A stretch of DNA of 23,007 nt from Folioceros fuciformis (Eukaryota): NCBI GenBank assembly GCA_049999805.1, contig JBNGIO010006285.1, positions 62,001 through 85,007 on the forward strand, given 5' to 3'. Numbering within the stretch: the stretch's first letter is position 1; each line of letters begins with the position of its first letter. Positions 1 to 10,039 of the stretch are shown one piece after another. Made by a program: the position numbers and the translations under genes. The notes under the pieces are model-generated. The model saw only the letters and a program-made list of their open reading frames with translations, was not told the origin of the DNA and made no database searches.

Positions 1-1
1 A

Positions 2-3000
2 GCAGCGAGCTCCGTGTCATCAGATGGCGAGTGCGAAACGGAAAAGCGGCCTACCAACACCAGTCCACCTCCTTCCTTCCTTCAGCCGCAAGATCTGCAG
101 CAAAGGATTCCGGCCAGAGGCAAGCCCCAGTTCCCGCCCAGTTTCGAGCTGCTCAGCCAGTCTCGGGTGCTTGGTCAGAGACAACGGCCTGATGAGCCTC
201 CTCCGCGTCCTGCTGCGTTCCAGCGCGAGGAGGAAAGTAGGGAGGAGTCAGGAAGGCAGAGGTCGGAAAGGAGTGAGGACGAAGGGAGGGAGAGGGCAGA
301 TAGCTCTTCTTTACGGGAAGGAGTCGATGCTGCGCAATCTAAGGTGCTTGACCAGGCCAGGAGTAGGAAACTTGTGCATTTGCCTGCAGCTAGTCGGGAT
401 GATGTGGAAGTGGCTGGAGAATTCGAAGCAGGGTATGAGAAAAGGCACGATGTGGAGCAGGAGCAGAGATATAAGCGGCATGAACCTGAGACCACAGTCC
501 CTGATGTGGAACAGGTGAGCGACAAGGAGTGGGAGAAGGACATCGATCACCGGGATACGAAAGAGACTTCTGTAACTGCCATTCTTGTGGATGAAGGAGG
601 GAGGACACGGAATGAGCCTCCAGGAAGTGCACAGGGTCCTAGTTTTCGGTTCGATCCTGCTCTTCTTAAGATTGGTAGTATGGTGCCTCGCAGAGCGCCT
701 GTTCGCCAGGGCGTGAGGCAGAATCTTGGGCAATGGGGTGAATTGAGGCAAGGAGGAGCGTTGTCTCCTCCTCGTGGGTACGATGCCTCTTCATTGGGAT
801 TTTCATTTGAACCTCGTGCAGGTCAGGAGGTGCCTGAGCGTGAACGCCACACAGGCCGGTGGGATCATCATCCAAGTTCGTCCTCGTTGGTGTCGGAGTC
901 TGCTAGGAAAGAAGGCAGAACTTCTTACGAGCACGTCTACGAAGTGGGTGCTCAGGTGCCGGGGCACGGCAGTGAGATTCAGGTCAGTCCTGGTGGGGAG
1001 ACTGAAAGCCCTATGATGCCACTGCATGGAAAGGGCGATTCAGATCATGACGCTGATCTCGATAGGGAGCTTGCAGACTTAGAAGCTGAACTGGATGCAG
1101 ACTTAGCGAAGGGTGGGGAAGACGATGATTCGGAGATGCTCGCTGGTCGTCGTCTTCCGAATGTCAGTCGACTGTACAGTACTGCTGGACACGTCCGTTT
1201 TGCCGCCTCAGCAGATCCAGTCGTCGAACAACTGCCCACAAGCCTGTTCAACCTGCCAGCTGATTCAGAGGGGACTGCAGGGGAGAAGGAACTGGGCAAG
1301 CCGCAGGAACAGGGCTTGTCTATTCCTGTGGAACCTCAAGTTTCCCTTGATGCCTACGGATATGTACCTAAGCCTCCTGGAAGTGGGAAACCTGTCAAGG
1401 AGAAGAAGGAGAAGGTGAAAGACATAGTGAACCGAAGCACATCAGATGCTGTTGGTTCTGGAATTGACGTTTATGGGTATGGTTCTCGGGACAAGCCTGG
1501 CGAATTGTCTGGAGCATCCTCACAGGGCATGTCGATTCCTGGGGAATCTCCACTTCCCCTGGATGAGTTTGGAGATGCGCCTCTTGGAAGCGGGAAGCGT
1601 GTGAAGGAGAAGGTGACAGAAACCACGGCATCAGATGCCGCTGTTCCTGGAATTGATGTGTATATGTACTCTCGGGACAAGCCTGGTGAAGGGTATGGAG
1701 TTTCCTCACGGGTCGTGTCCATTCCTGGGGACGCTGAAGTTCACTTAGATGAATACGGTTTTGTTCCTACCCCTCCTGGCAGTGGGAGACTAGTGAAGGA
1801 GAAGGTGAACGATAAGCTGAAGAAAAGCACGACAGTAGATGTGGTTGCTTCTGGAGTTGATTTGTATGGGTTCAGTTCTCTGGACAAGCCTGGTGAATTG
1901 TACGAAGCTTCTTCACAGAGCGCGTCCATTCCTGAGGAGCCTCAAGTTTCTCTAGATGAGTACGGATATGCAGCTAACCCTCCTGGAAGTGAGAGGCCTA
2001 CGAAAGAGAAGAAAGAAAAGTTGAAAGATAAGGTGAAGAAAAGAACTCCATCGGAGGTCGCTGGTTCTGGAATTGATGTGTATGGGTTCGGTTCTTTGGA
2101 CAAGCCTGGTGAACTATGTGGATCTTCCTCACAGGGCGCGTCCATTCCTGGGGAGCCTCAAGTTCCCCTAGATGATGAGTGCGGGTATGATCCTGACCCT
2201 CGTGAAAGTGAGACACCTGTGAAGGATAGTGCGGAGAAGGTGGAAGGTAAGGTGAACATAATCTCGACATCAGGTGCCGCTGATTCTGGGTTAGATGCAT
2301 ACGGATATGCACCTAACCCTCCTCGAAGTGAGAGACCTGTGAAGCAGAAAAAGGAGAAGGAGAAGATTAAAAATAAGGTGAACAACAGCACAACAACCGA
2401 TCTGGCTGCTTCTGGTATTGATGTGTATGGATTTGGTTCTCCAGACAAGGCTGGTGAATTGTTTGGAGCTTCCTCACAGGTCGTGTCCATTTCTGGGGAA
2501 CCTCAAGTTCCCCTAGATGAGTACGGATATGCAACTGGCTCTCTTGGAAGTGAGAGACCTGTGAAGGAGAGGACGGAGAAGGTGGAAGATGAGGTGAACA
2601 TGAGCTCGACATCAGGTGCCGCTGATTCTGGATTAGATATGTACGGATATGCACCTAACCCTCCTCGAAGTGAGAGAACTGTGAAGCAGAAAAAGGAGAA
2701 GGAGAAGATAAAAAATAAGGTGAACAACAGCACAATATCCGAGCCGGCTGCTTCTGGTATTGATGTGTATGGATTTGGTTCTCCTGACAAGGCTGGTGAA
2801 TTGTTTGGAGCTTCCTCACAGGGCGTGTCCATTTCTGGGGAACCTCAAGTTCCCCTTGATGAGCACGGATATGCACCTGGCTCTCTTGGAAGTGAGAGAC
2901 CTGTGAAGGAGAGGACGGATAAGGTGGAAGATGAGGTGAACATGAGCTCGACATCAGGTGCCGCTGATTCTGGATTAGACGTGTACGGATATGCACCTAA

Positions 3001-6000
3001 CCCTCCTCGAAGTGAGAGACCTGTGAAGCAGAAAAAGGAGAAGGAGAAGATCAAACATGAGGTGAACAACAGCACAATATGCGATTCGGGTGTTTCTGGT
3101 ATTGATGTGTATGGGTTTGGTTCTACGGACAAGGCTGGTGAATTGTTTGGAGCGTCCTCACAGGGCGTGTACATTTCTGGGGAACCTCAAGTTCCCCTAC
3201 ATGAGCACGGATATGCACCTGACTCTCTTGGATGTGAGGGACCTGTGAAGGAGAGGACGGATAAGGTGGAAGATGAGGTGAACGTGAGCTCGACATCAGG
3301 TGCCGCGGATTCTGACTTAGATGTGTACGGATATGCACCTAACCCTCCTCGAAGTGAGAGACCTGGGAAGCAGAGAAAGGAGAAGATCAAATATGAGGTG
3401 AACAACGGCACAATATCCGAGCCGGGTGCTTCTGGTATTGATGTGTATGGGTTTGGTTCTCCTGACAAGGCTGGTGAATTGTTTGGATCGTCCTCACAGG
3501 GCTTGTCCATTCCTGGGGAACCTCAAGTTCCCCTACATGAGCATGGATATGCACGAGACCCTCCTGGAAGTGAGACACCTGTGAAGGAGAGGTCGGAGAA
3601 GGTGGAAGATGAGGTGAACATGAGCTCGACATCAGGTGCCGCTAACTCTGGGTTAGATGTGTATGGATATACACCTAACCCTCCTCGAACTGGGAGACCT
3701 GGGAAGCAGAGAAAGGAGAAGACGAAAAGTAAGGGGAACAACAGCACAATATCCGAGCGCAGTGCTTCTGGTATTGATGTGTATGGATTTAGTTCTCCAG
3801 ACAGGGCCGGTGAATTGTTTGGGGCTTCCTCACAGGGCGTGTCCATTTCTGGGAAGCCTGAAGTTCCCCCACATGAGTACGGATATGCTCGTGACCCTCC
3901 TGGCAGTGTGAAGGAGGAGGAGAAGCAGAAGAGGCAAGACAAGGTGAACAGCAGCGCAACATCAGGCCCGGTTGCGTCTGGAATTGATGTGTATGGGTTC
4001 GGTTCTCGGGACAAGCTTGGTAACTTGGTGAGAACTTCCTCGCAGGGCGTGTCCATCCCTGGGGACCCTCAAGTTCCCCTAGACGTGAATGGATGTCCAC
4101 CTAAAGCTTCTGGAAGTGAGGGACCTGTGAAGGAGGAACTGCATTCTGGAGAAGCCAAACTTTCCAACGTTTTGGAAGTCCCTCCGGAAGTTAAACGCTT
4201 CCCTAGCCTTCATTACCTTGATCACAGGAAGGCCGCCCGCGACAGAGCAGATCAAGACCAGATTGGTAGTACTCACAGTTTTCCGTTCTATGCTGATCAA
4301 TCAGCTGAAAAGATCGAAAAGAAGGACCAAGAGGGAGAGGTTCAAATAGGAAGGCTGCAGGATGGGAACCAACGGCCACCTAACGATTTTGGGCTTGACA
4401 GTAAGGAGCCACAGGCCGAGGTTCAACTGGAGAGGCCGCAGGACTTGAACCGGGGGCACGCTGATGTTTTATTGCTCGATGGAACTGCTCAATCGCGAAG
4501 GCAGAGTTTTGGAAGCGCTATAAATGTGAAGGACTCCAGAGAGGATCTTGCAGCCGAAGAGAATGTGGAGGGGACAAACCAGTCAGCCAATGACTTTCAG
4601 GGGAGTTTGTTGCACCGAGATGAGCAACATGCTTTTGCCTCTGCTAGTATTGCTTCATCTACATCTTTCCGTGTGTCCTCCCAGCTATCTCCAAACGTGG
4701 GAAAGCTGGTACACCGTCCCCAGGCCCACGATGGCCTCAGTGACGATGAACCAAAGGCAAACTACGTCAGTCAGCAGGTGGAAGAAGTCAAGGAGAAACA
4801 GAAGCCTTCAAGAGATTCTCAAGAAAGTTTTCACGACTCCTTTAACCCTTCTGCTTCAGTTTATGTGGAAATGTCTAGCTCTCTTCAGAGTCACACACAT
4901 GAGTCGGCCAGGATCCAGGAAGGAAAGGAACATAGTGAAGAAGTCGAGAAACCCTCTCTTACGCACCTTGATTCTTCTGCTCGGTTGCAACAGCAAACTG
5001 GTTTCACACCTTTCAGTCCCTATCCTGCCTATCACGCAGTCCTTGCATTTGGTGGGGAAGAGGCTCTGGACAGACTCAAGGAAGAGAGTGATGACAACTT
5101 GGCGGTTTCTGAACCAGCTTACCCTCCTATCATGCATCCCACGTTTGCTGTACCATCCGCCCCTCCTGAAGAACTGCTTCCTTCAGACAGTTCTCAATTT
5201 GGAAGTGTGTATCCTCCCCAGAGTGTTTATTCTCTTCACACCGCTTACCCTCCGCAGAATGTGTACCCCCCTACAAGTGTCTCGGCTGCCTATCCTCCTT
5301 ACCCAGCTCATCTAGCTGCCGTTGCCCAAACTCCCCCGCCTGTGTTTCCGGTTTCCAATGTGCTGTCTCCGAATGAAAGTGAGTCAGATTCTGATACTGA
5401 TGTTTCAACCTATCCTCCCCGTCGTCCAGTGGTGCAACAAGCATATCCTCCCAGCAAGCCCACTAGTGTTAGTGCTTCAGCTTCAACGTCATCCGGCAGT
5501 TTGACAAGGCCATCCTACGAGGGAGCAAGGCCTAACAGTATTGGAAGTAATGATGGGTACGCTGACATTGGCTTGGGAAATACATACGGCAGTGCTTATG
5601 TCAAGGATGAGAAGCGGAAGCAGCAGCAGCAAACATCAAGTTCCGCGTGGACAGTGGAGTATGCCGGAGCTCTTCCACCCTATCCTGGTGCATCACTCAG
5701 TGGTGGCGACTCTGGCTATGGTGCCTCAGCCCCCTCCTCCGATTATGGCAAGCATAAGGTGCAGCATATTCAGTTTGGCCAGCAGCAGCCTCACACTTCC
5801 GACTATCCCAAGCTGCATAGGCCACAAACTCCTGAGTATGGACAACATTCGACATCATCCTACAACAAGCCTGGATTATACCCTCCGGTGTACAGTCAGC
5901 CACAGGCACAGCCACCACTAAGGTATGAACAGGCTCAGGCTCAGGCGCCCCACTCAGGGTGTGCGCAGGTGGATGTGCCTCAGCAAGCTCAAGCACACGG

Positions 6001-6283
6001 TAATCCGTATGTGGTTGGTCCTCCGACGCAAGGCTACAGACCAACCTCTCCATGGCTACCGGCTACCCCTCAGCAAGCACAGCCTTATCAGAATTATGTC
6101 CAGCAACTCCCCGGTTACTCGTGGACAGTGCAACCAGCTGCCCCTGGGCATCATCAGCAGCCTAGTTATGGGTGGACAGGGCACCAATCCCATCCAAACC
6201 AGCACCAACGGCCTGGATATGCTGGAAGCAGGCCACCTTATGGACAACCCGGATATCCGCCACCCAACCCGTATTACTACTGA
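2..6283 (+). CDS. Very large intrinsically disordered repeat protein, 5'-truncated by the window (>2090 aa): acidic N-part, tandem YG-motif repeats, Y/P/Q/S-rich C-terminus; function unknown
   Basis: No stop in this frame from base 2 to TGA at 6281-6283. The GTG at 14 is not a real start because the frame is open upstream. All repeat-unit lengths are multiples of 3. No folded domain is recognisable by eye. Confidence 0.85.
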   Translation, partial: AASSVSSDGECETEKRPTNTSPPPSFLQPQDLQQRIPARGKPQFPPSFELLSQSRVLGQRQRPDEPPPRPAAFQREEESREESGRQRSERSEDEGRERADSSSLREGVDAAQSKVLDQARSRKLVHLPAASRDDVEVAGEFEAGYEKRHDVEQEQRYKRHEPETTVPDVEQVSDKEWEKDIDHRDTKETSVTAILVDEGGRTRNEPPGSAQGPSFRFDPALLKIGSMVPRRAPVRQGVRQNLGQWGELRQGGALSPPRGYDASSLGFSFEPRAGQEVPERERHTGRWDHHPSSSSLVSESARKEGRTSYEHVYEVGAQVPGHGSEIQVSPGGETESPMMPLHGKGDSDHDADLDRELADLEAELDADLAKGGEDDDSEMLAGRRLPNVSRLYSTAGHVRFAASADPVVEQLPTSLFNLPADSEGTAGEKELGKPQEQGLSIPVEPQVSLDAYGYVPKPPGSGKPVKEKKEKVKDIVNRSTSDAVGSGIDVYGYGSRDKPGELSGASSQGMSIPGESPLPLDEFGDAPLGSGKRVKEKVTETTASDAAVPGIDVYMYSRDKPGEGYGVSSRVVSIPGDAEVHLDEYGFVPTPPGSGRLVKEKVNDKLKKSTTVDVVASGVDLYGFSSLDKPGELYEASSQSASIPEEPQVSLDEYGYAANPPGSERPTKEKKEKLKDKVKKRTPSEVAGSGIDVYGFGSLDKPGELCGSSSQGASIPGEPQVPLDDECGYDPDPRESETPVKDSAEKVEGKVNIISTSGAADSGLDAYGYAPNPPRSERPVKQKKEKEKIKNKVNNSTTTDLAASGIDVYGFGSPDKAGELFGASSQVVSISGEPQVPLDEYGYATGSLGSERPVKERTEKVEDEVNMSSTSGAADSGLDMYGYAPNPPRSERTVKQKKEKEKIKNKVNNSTISEPAASGIDVYGFGSPDKAGELFGASSQGVSISGEPQVPLDEHGYAPGSLGSERPVKERTDKVEDEVNMSSTSGAADSGLDVYGYAPNPPRSERPVKQKKEKEKIKHEVNNSTICDSGVSGIDVYGFGSTDKAGELFGASSQGVYISGEPQVPLHEHGYAPDSLGCEGPVKERTDKVEDEVNVSSTSGAADSDLDVYGYAPNPPRSERPGKQRKEKIKYEVNNGTISEPGASGIDVYGFGSPDKAGELFGSSSQGLSIPGEPQVPLHEHGYARDPPGSETPVKERSEKVEDEVNMSSTSGAANSGLDVYGYTPNPPRTGRPGKQRKEKTKSKGNNSTISERSASGIDVYGFSSPDRAGELFGASSQGVSISGKPEVPPHEYGYARDPPGSVKEEEKQKRQDKVNSSATSGPVASGIDVYGFGSRDKLGNLVRTSSQGVSIPGDPQVPLDVNGCPPKASGSEGPVKEELHSGEAKLSNVLEVPPEVKRFPSLHYLDHRKAARDRADQDQIGSTHSFPFYADQSAEKIEKKDQEGEVQIGRLQDGNQRPPNDFGLDSKEPQAEVQLERPQDLNRGHADVLLLDGTAQSRRQSFGSAINVKDSREDLAAEENVEGTNQSANDFQGSLLHRDEQHAFASASIASSTSFRVSSQLSPNVGKLVHRPQAHDGLSDDEPKANYVSQQVEEVKEKQKPSRDSQESFHDSFNPSASVYVEMSSSLQSHTHESARIQEGKEHSEEVEKPSLTHLDSSARLQQQTGFTPFSPYPAYHAVLAFGGEEALDRLKEESDDNLAVSEPAYPPIMHPTFAVPSAPPEELLPSDSSQFGSVYPPQSVYSLHTAYPPQNVYPPTSVSAAYPPYPAHLAAVAQTPPPVFPVSNVLSPNESESDSDTDVSTYPPRRPVVQQAYPPSKPTSVSASASTSSGSLTRPSYEGARPNSIGSNDGYADIGLGNTYGSAYVKDEKRKQQQQTSSSAWTVEYAGALPPYPGASLSGGDSGYGASAPSSDYGKHKVQHIQFGQQQPHTSDYPKLHRPQTPEYGQHSTSSYNKPGLYPPVYSQPQAQPPLRYEQAQAQAPHSGCAQVDVPQQAQAHGNPYVVGPPTQGYRPTSPWLPATPQQAQPYQNYVQQLPGYSWTVQPAAPGHHQQPSYGWTGHQSHPNQHQRPGYAGSRPPYGQPGYPPPNPYYY
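1290..4140 (+). repeat. Coding tandem repeat array of about 10-11 units (short 62-72 aa units and long 112-115 aa units)
   Basis: Anchor GACAAG/GACAGG (DK/DR) at 1490, 1676, 1883, 2099, 2444, 2786, 3128, 3464, 3800, 4010; spacings 186, 207, 216, 345, 342, 342, 336, 336, 210 nt. Consensus SGIDVYGFGSxDKxGELxGxSSQGxSIxGEPQVPLDEYGYAxxPPGSERPVKE. Confidence 0.95.
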
Positions 6284-6476
6284 CGCTCGTCTCTGTGACG
6301 TTCCTGGTGCTTGTTGAGGGCAAATGTCTCTGTCCCCTTGAATCGTGAATTTCTCCAGCTTGTGTTGCGGTGCCACTGACCTGCTGTTTAGACTACTCTC
6401 ATCCAGAGTCCTGTTGTAATGTGCCGTATTCTAATGATAATCTCAAGAACAAATTCTCCAAAATTGGATGATCGGA

Positions 6477-6735
6477 TTTGGAATTCTTGCGGAGCTAGAC
6501 GGTAGGAAGTCTGCAAGCCAATTAAACGCGTAACACAGAATCTGTTCCGCCTCGCAGCACATCCGGCTGAAGGAATTTCCAACAAGCCGCGTGGATTGCA
6601 CTCTCGACTCGTCGAACTTGCTGTTTCCTGGACTCATAGTGACGGAGTTCAGCGCCTGTTACACAGCACGCAGATGCTGATGCAGCCGAAGCCTTACAAA
6701 ACCGAGTTCAGTGCAACAGCGAGGTTCAGCTCATG
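6477..6735 (-). pseudogene. Decayed partial duplicate of the neighbouring ENR gene (part of intron 2, exon 3, intron 3, start of exon 4)
   Basis: 6556-6735 aligns without gaps to 12072-12251 (offset 5516; about 136/180 identical by hand count). 6477-6514 aligns to 11992-12029. The exon-3 copy reads ALNSVTMSPGNSKFDESR versus [18 protein letters not shown], its donor is GC instead of GT, and the exon-4 copy has a TAG. Confidence 0.85.
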
Positions 6736-9700
6736 GATTGTGTGGCTGAAGCAAGTCTTGGCATAACCCTTCTGCGCTTTCCTTTTCGCACCATAGATGT
6801 AGCTGAATCAGGCAGCAAACGAGCGAAAAAGCTTTGGGGTTATGGAATGACGAGAAGGCTAGATGGTGTGAATGTGCGGGTGAAGCTGCAAATGCAAGTG
6901 GAAAGTCCTTGTTCCACTTCTACCTCGAGTGCACGGTATTTCCTCACTGCTTGCCTGTAGGCTCTCATGCGGTTGCTGCTGGATTAGCTAAGTGCTGACC
7001 GGTGATATCGACAGGGGCTTTAAGACGTTCTGCACCAAAGAATGGCTAGACGACGCTTTGGTTGCGTTGGTCCGAATGGACCAGCAAGGAAGAGTGCCAT
7101 CGGTGCTCATGTACAAGAAGCTGCTACAGGCCTGCATGAGAACCAAGGCCCTTGCTGAGACCAAGCAGGTACATGCCATTCTGAAAAAGCATAGATTGGA
7201 GTGCCACAGAGTTTTGGGGGAGCTTGTGGTGACCTCTCTGGTCAATGGTGGCAGCTTTGCAGACGGGTGTGAGGTGTTTCAAAGGTTGTCTCACCGATCC
7301 GTTTTGTCATGGACATCCGTAATTTCGGGCTACATCAACGTTGGACGACCCAGGGAGGCTCTTGCATGCTACGAACAGATGATACAGGATGGTGTGGAGC
7401 CCAACAAGTACACATTTGTCAGTTTGGTCAAAGCGTGTAGCAAGCTGGAAGATTTGGAGGAGGGCAGGCGGATTCATGTTGCCACTGTGAGACATGGATT
7501 TGAATCAGACATATTCGTTGCCAGCACTTTGGTTAGCATGTATGCCAAGTGCCGAAGCATTGGGGATGCACAGGTGGTGTTTGATGGATTGTCCCAGCGC
7601 AATGTGGTGGTTTGGAATGCAATCCTTGCAGCATATGGTCAGCAGGGCAGAGGAGAAGAGGCTCTGCAATTATATGAGCGAATGCGACGGGAAGGGCATG
7701 ATCCGGACTCGCGCACCTTTGTCAGTGCTCTTCAAGCCTGTGGCAGCGTTGCGGAAAAGGAGGAAAGTATGCTTCTGGACGGGCAACATTTGAAGGTGGA
7801 GGCTTTGCAGAAGGGGAAGGAAGTACATGCTGAAACCATCCGAATGGGCTTTCAATCAGATGAGTTTGTCGTAGGTACTTTGGTCAGTATGTACGCAAAA
7901 TGTGGGAGTTTCGTCGATGCCCAGCAAGTGTTCCATCTTGTGTCAAGAAACCAGGTGATAGCGTGGACCGCAATGCTCACAGCACATGCTCAGCAGGGCC
8001 AAGCGGAACTGGCTTTGCAAATATATCAACGGATGCGAGAGGAAGGGGTGAGGCTAGAGTCACGAGCCTTTATCAGTGCTCTCCAAGCATGTTGCACCCT
8101 GGCAGAGAGTGAGGAAGGTGTTCTGCTGGATGGACAAAAAGTGAAGGTGACATCATTACACGTGGGGAAGGGAGTGCATGCTGGAGCCACAGAAATGGGT
8201 TTCCAGGCAGACATCCTCGTTGGAAACACTTTGGTCAGCACGTTTGCAAAGTGTGGGAGCATACCTGATGCGTGCGAGGTGTTCAATGAACTGCCCAAAA
8301 AAGATGTAGTGTCATGGACTGCGATGATTACAGCCTTTGCTCAGCGGGGGCATGGAGAGCAAGCTCTGCTGCTATTCTGGACGATGCAATGCGAAGTCGG
8401 GATAAGTCCAAATGAATGGACGTTTGTCAGTGCCCTCCAAGCATGCTGCAGCCTAGCAGATACAGAAGAAGGGGTTCTAACATACGGGGAAAATGTGAAG
8501 GTGGATTCGCTGCAAAAAGGTAAAAAAGTACATGCTGCAGCTACTGAGAGTGGTTTTGATTCAGATGGATTTGTTGGTTGCTCTTTGGTCAGTATGTATG
8601 CAAAGAGTGGGAGCATCAGGGATGCCGAACAGATATTCGATGATACGGGCCAACGCAGTCTGGTATTATGGAATGTGATGATAACATCGTATGCTGAGCA
8701 CAACCAAGGAGCAAGGGCCTGGCAGACCTACTTACAAATGCAACAAGAAGGGGTGGAACCAGACGTTCGGACATTTGTCAGTGCACTCCAAGCATGTGGC
8801 TCCAATGCAGACTCTGAGAAAGGTGCTTATATGGACAGGCAAGTTGTGAAGGTAGATGCACTCAGGCAAGCCAAGGTGATCCACGCGAAAGCTGCAAGCC
8901 TTGGCGTTGCATCAGACATGTTTCTCAGTAGCGTGCTGCTCAGCACCTATGCAAGGTGCGGAAGCCTCAGGGATGCGGAACTGGTCTTTGACAGTTTGTT
9001 GCTGCGTGATGTGGTTTCATGGACGGTCATGATGGGAGCCTACGTTCAGCAAGGGCAAGGGCAGAAGGTGTTGCAACTCTATGCCGGGATGCAAGCAGCC
9101 GGTTTGCAGCTAGATGAGGCAACTTTTGTGGCTGTCCTGGAAGCCTGTAGCATCACAGGTGCCTTGGACATCTGCGTGCACACTCACCAAACGATCATAG
9201 AGACTGGATATGACTGCACAATGTCTGTGGCAAACAGCCTGATTCATGCCTATGGCAAATGTGGGAGCATGGTGGATGCACAACACGTGTTCGAGTCACT
9301 CTCTCACCCGGATGTGGTGTCCTGGACAGCACTGATTGCTGGGTACGCAAGACTAGGAGACTACAGCACCAGCAAACAACGCTTCAAGGAAATGTGCCTC
9401 GCAGGCACGAACCCAAATGCAGTCACATTTCTTGCACTGCTCAGTTCATGCAGTCATGCTGGCTTGGTGGACGAAGGGTTGCAGCTTTTTGAGAGTATGA
9501 CTCGCGACCATGGCCTGTCGGCCACCTTGGAGCACTATGCTTGTGTGATTGACCTTGTCGGTCGTGCAGGACTGCTGAGCAAGGCCGCAGAATTGCTTGT
9601 CCAAATGCCCATGCAGCCTGATCTGCCTGTATGGATGTGTCTGCTGGCTGCCTGCCGCAAACACGGCAACGCGGAGCTGGGAAGGCGAGCCTTTAATGCT

Positions 9701-10039
9701 GCAGTGGCATTAGAACCGACGCATGCTCCGGCTTACTTGCTCATGTCGAACATCTACGCTGATGCCGGCTTGTGGGAGCGTGCAAAGGAAATTGAAGACC
9801 TAAGGCGCAGATCTGTTCCCTGGCAGCAGCCCGGCAAGAGCTGGATCGAGCACGAGGAAGAGATGCACACATTCTTGGTACGAGACAAGAGGCACAGAAA
9901 GGAGGCATTATTGTATACCTTGCTGACAGATTTAAGCAAAGATGTGTACCTATTTCAATCTCGGAAACGACAAGTGAACGAACTGGCAACTTGTAATGAT
10001 CTCCAAATCGGCTTGATGCTACAAAATCCATCATGTTAG
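6733..10039 (+). CDS. PLS-class pentatricopeptide repeat protein with E1/E2 and PG-box/E+ end and no full DYW domain; putative organellar RNA-editing specificity factor. Model join(6733..6935,7015..10039), about 1075 aa
   Basis: P-L-S triplets (VVSWTAMI / TFVSALQAC / TLVSMYAKCGS), typical terminal TFLALLSSCSHAGLVDEG...HYACVIDLVGRAG, E motifs (VWMCLLAACRKHGN, AYLLMSNIYADAGLW) and PG box QPGKSWIE...HTFLVRD; no HxE/CxxC. The main ORF 6992-10039 is firm. Exon 1 is inferred from a 79-nt phase-matched GT..AG intron at 6936-7014 with a CTGAC branch-like motif; the alternative start is ATG 7076. Confidence 0.9.

Noticed and set aside
1490-4010. Regularly spaced repeats resembling a CRISPR array
   Set aside because: The intervening sequences are homologous to each other, all in frame within a CDS, and the context is eukaryotic.
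1471-4100. Series of similar minus-strand ORFs (for example 2158-2490, 2503-2832, 2845-3174)
   Set aside because: Antisense shadows of the plus-strand coding repeat; each ends at the same TCA within GAACCTCAA.
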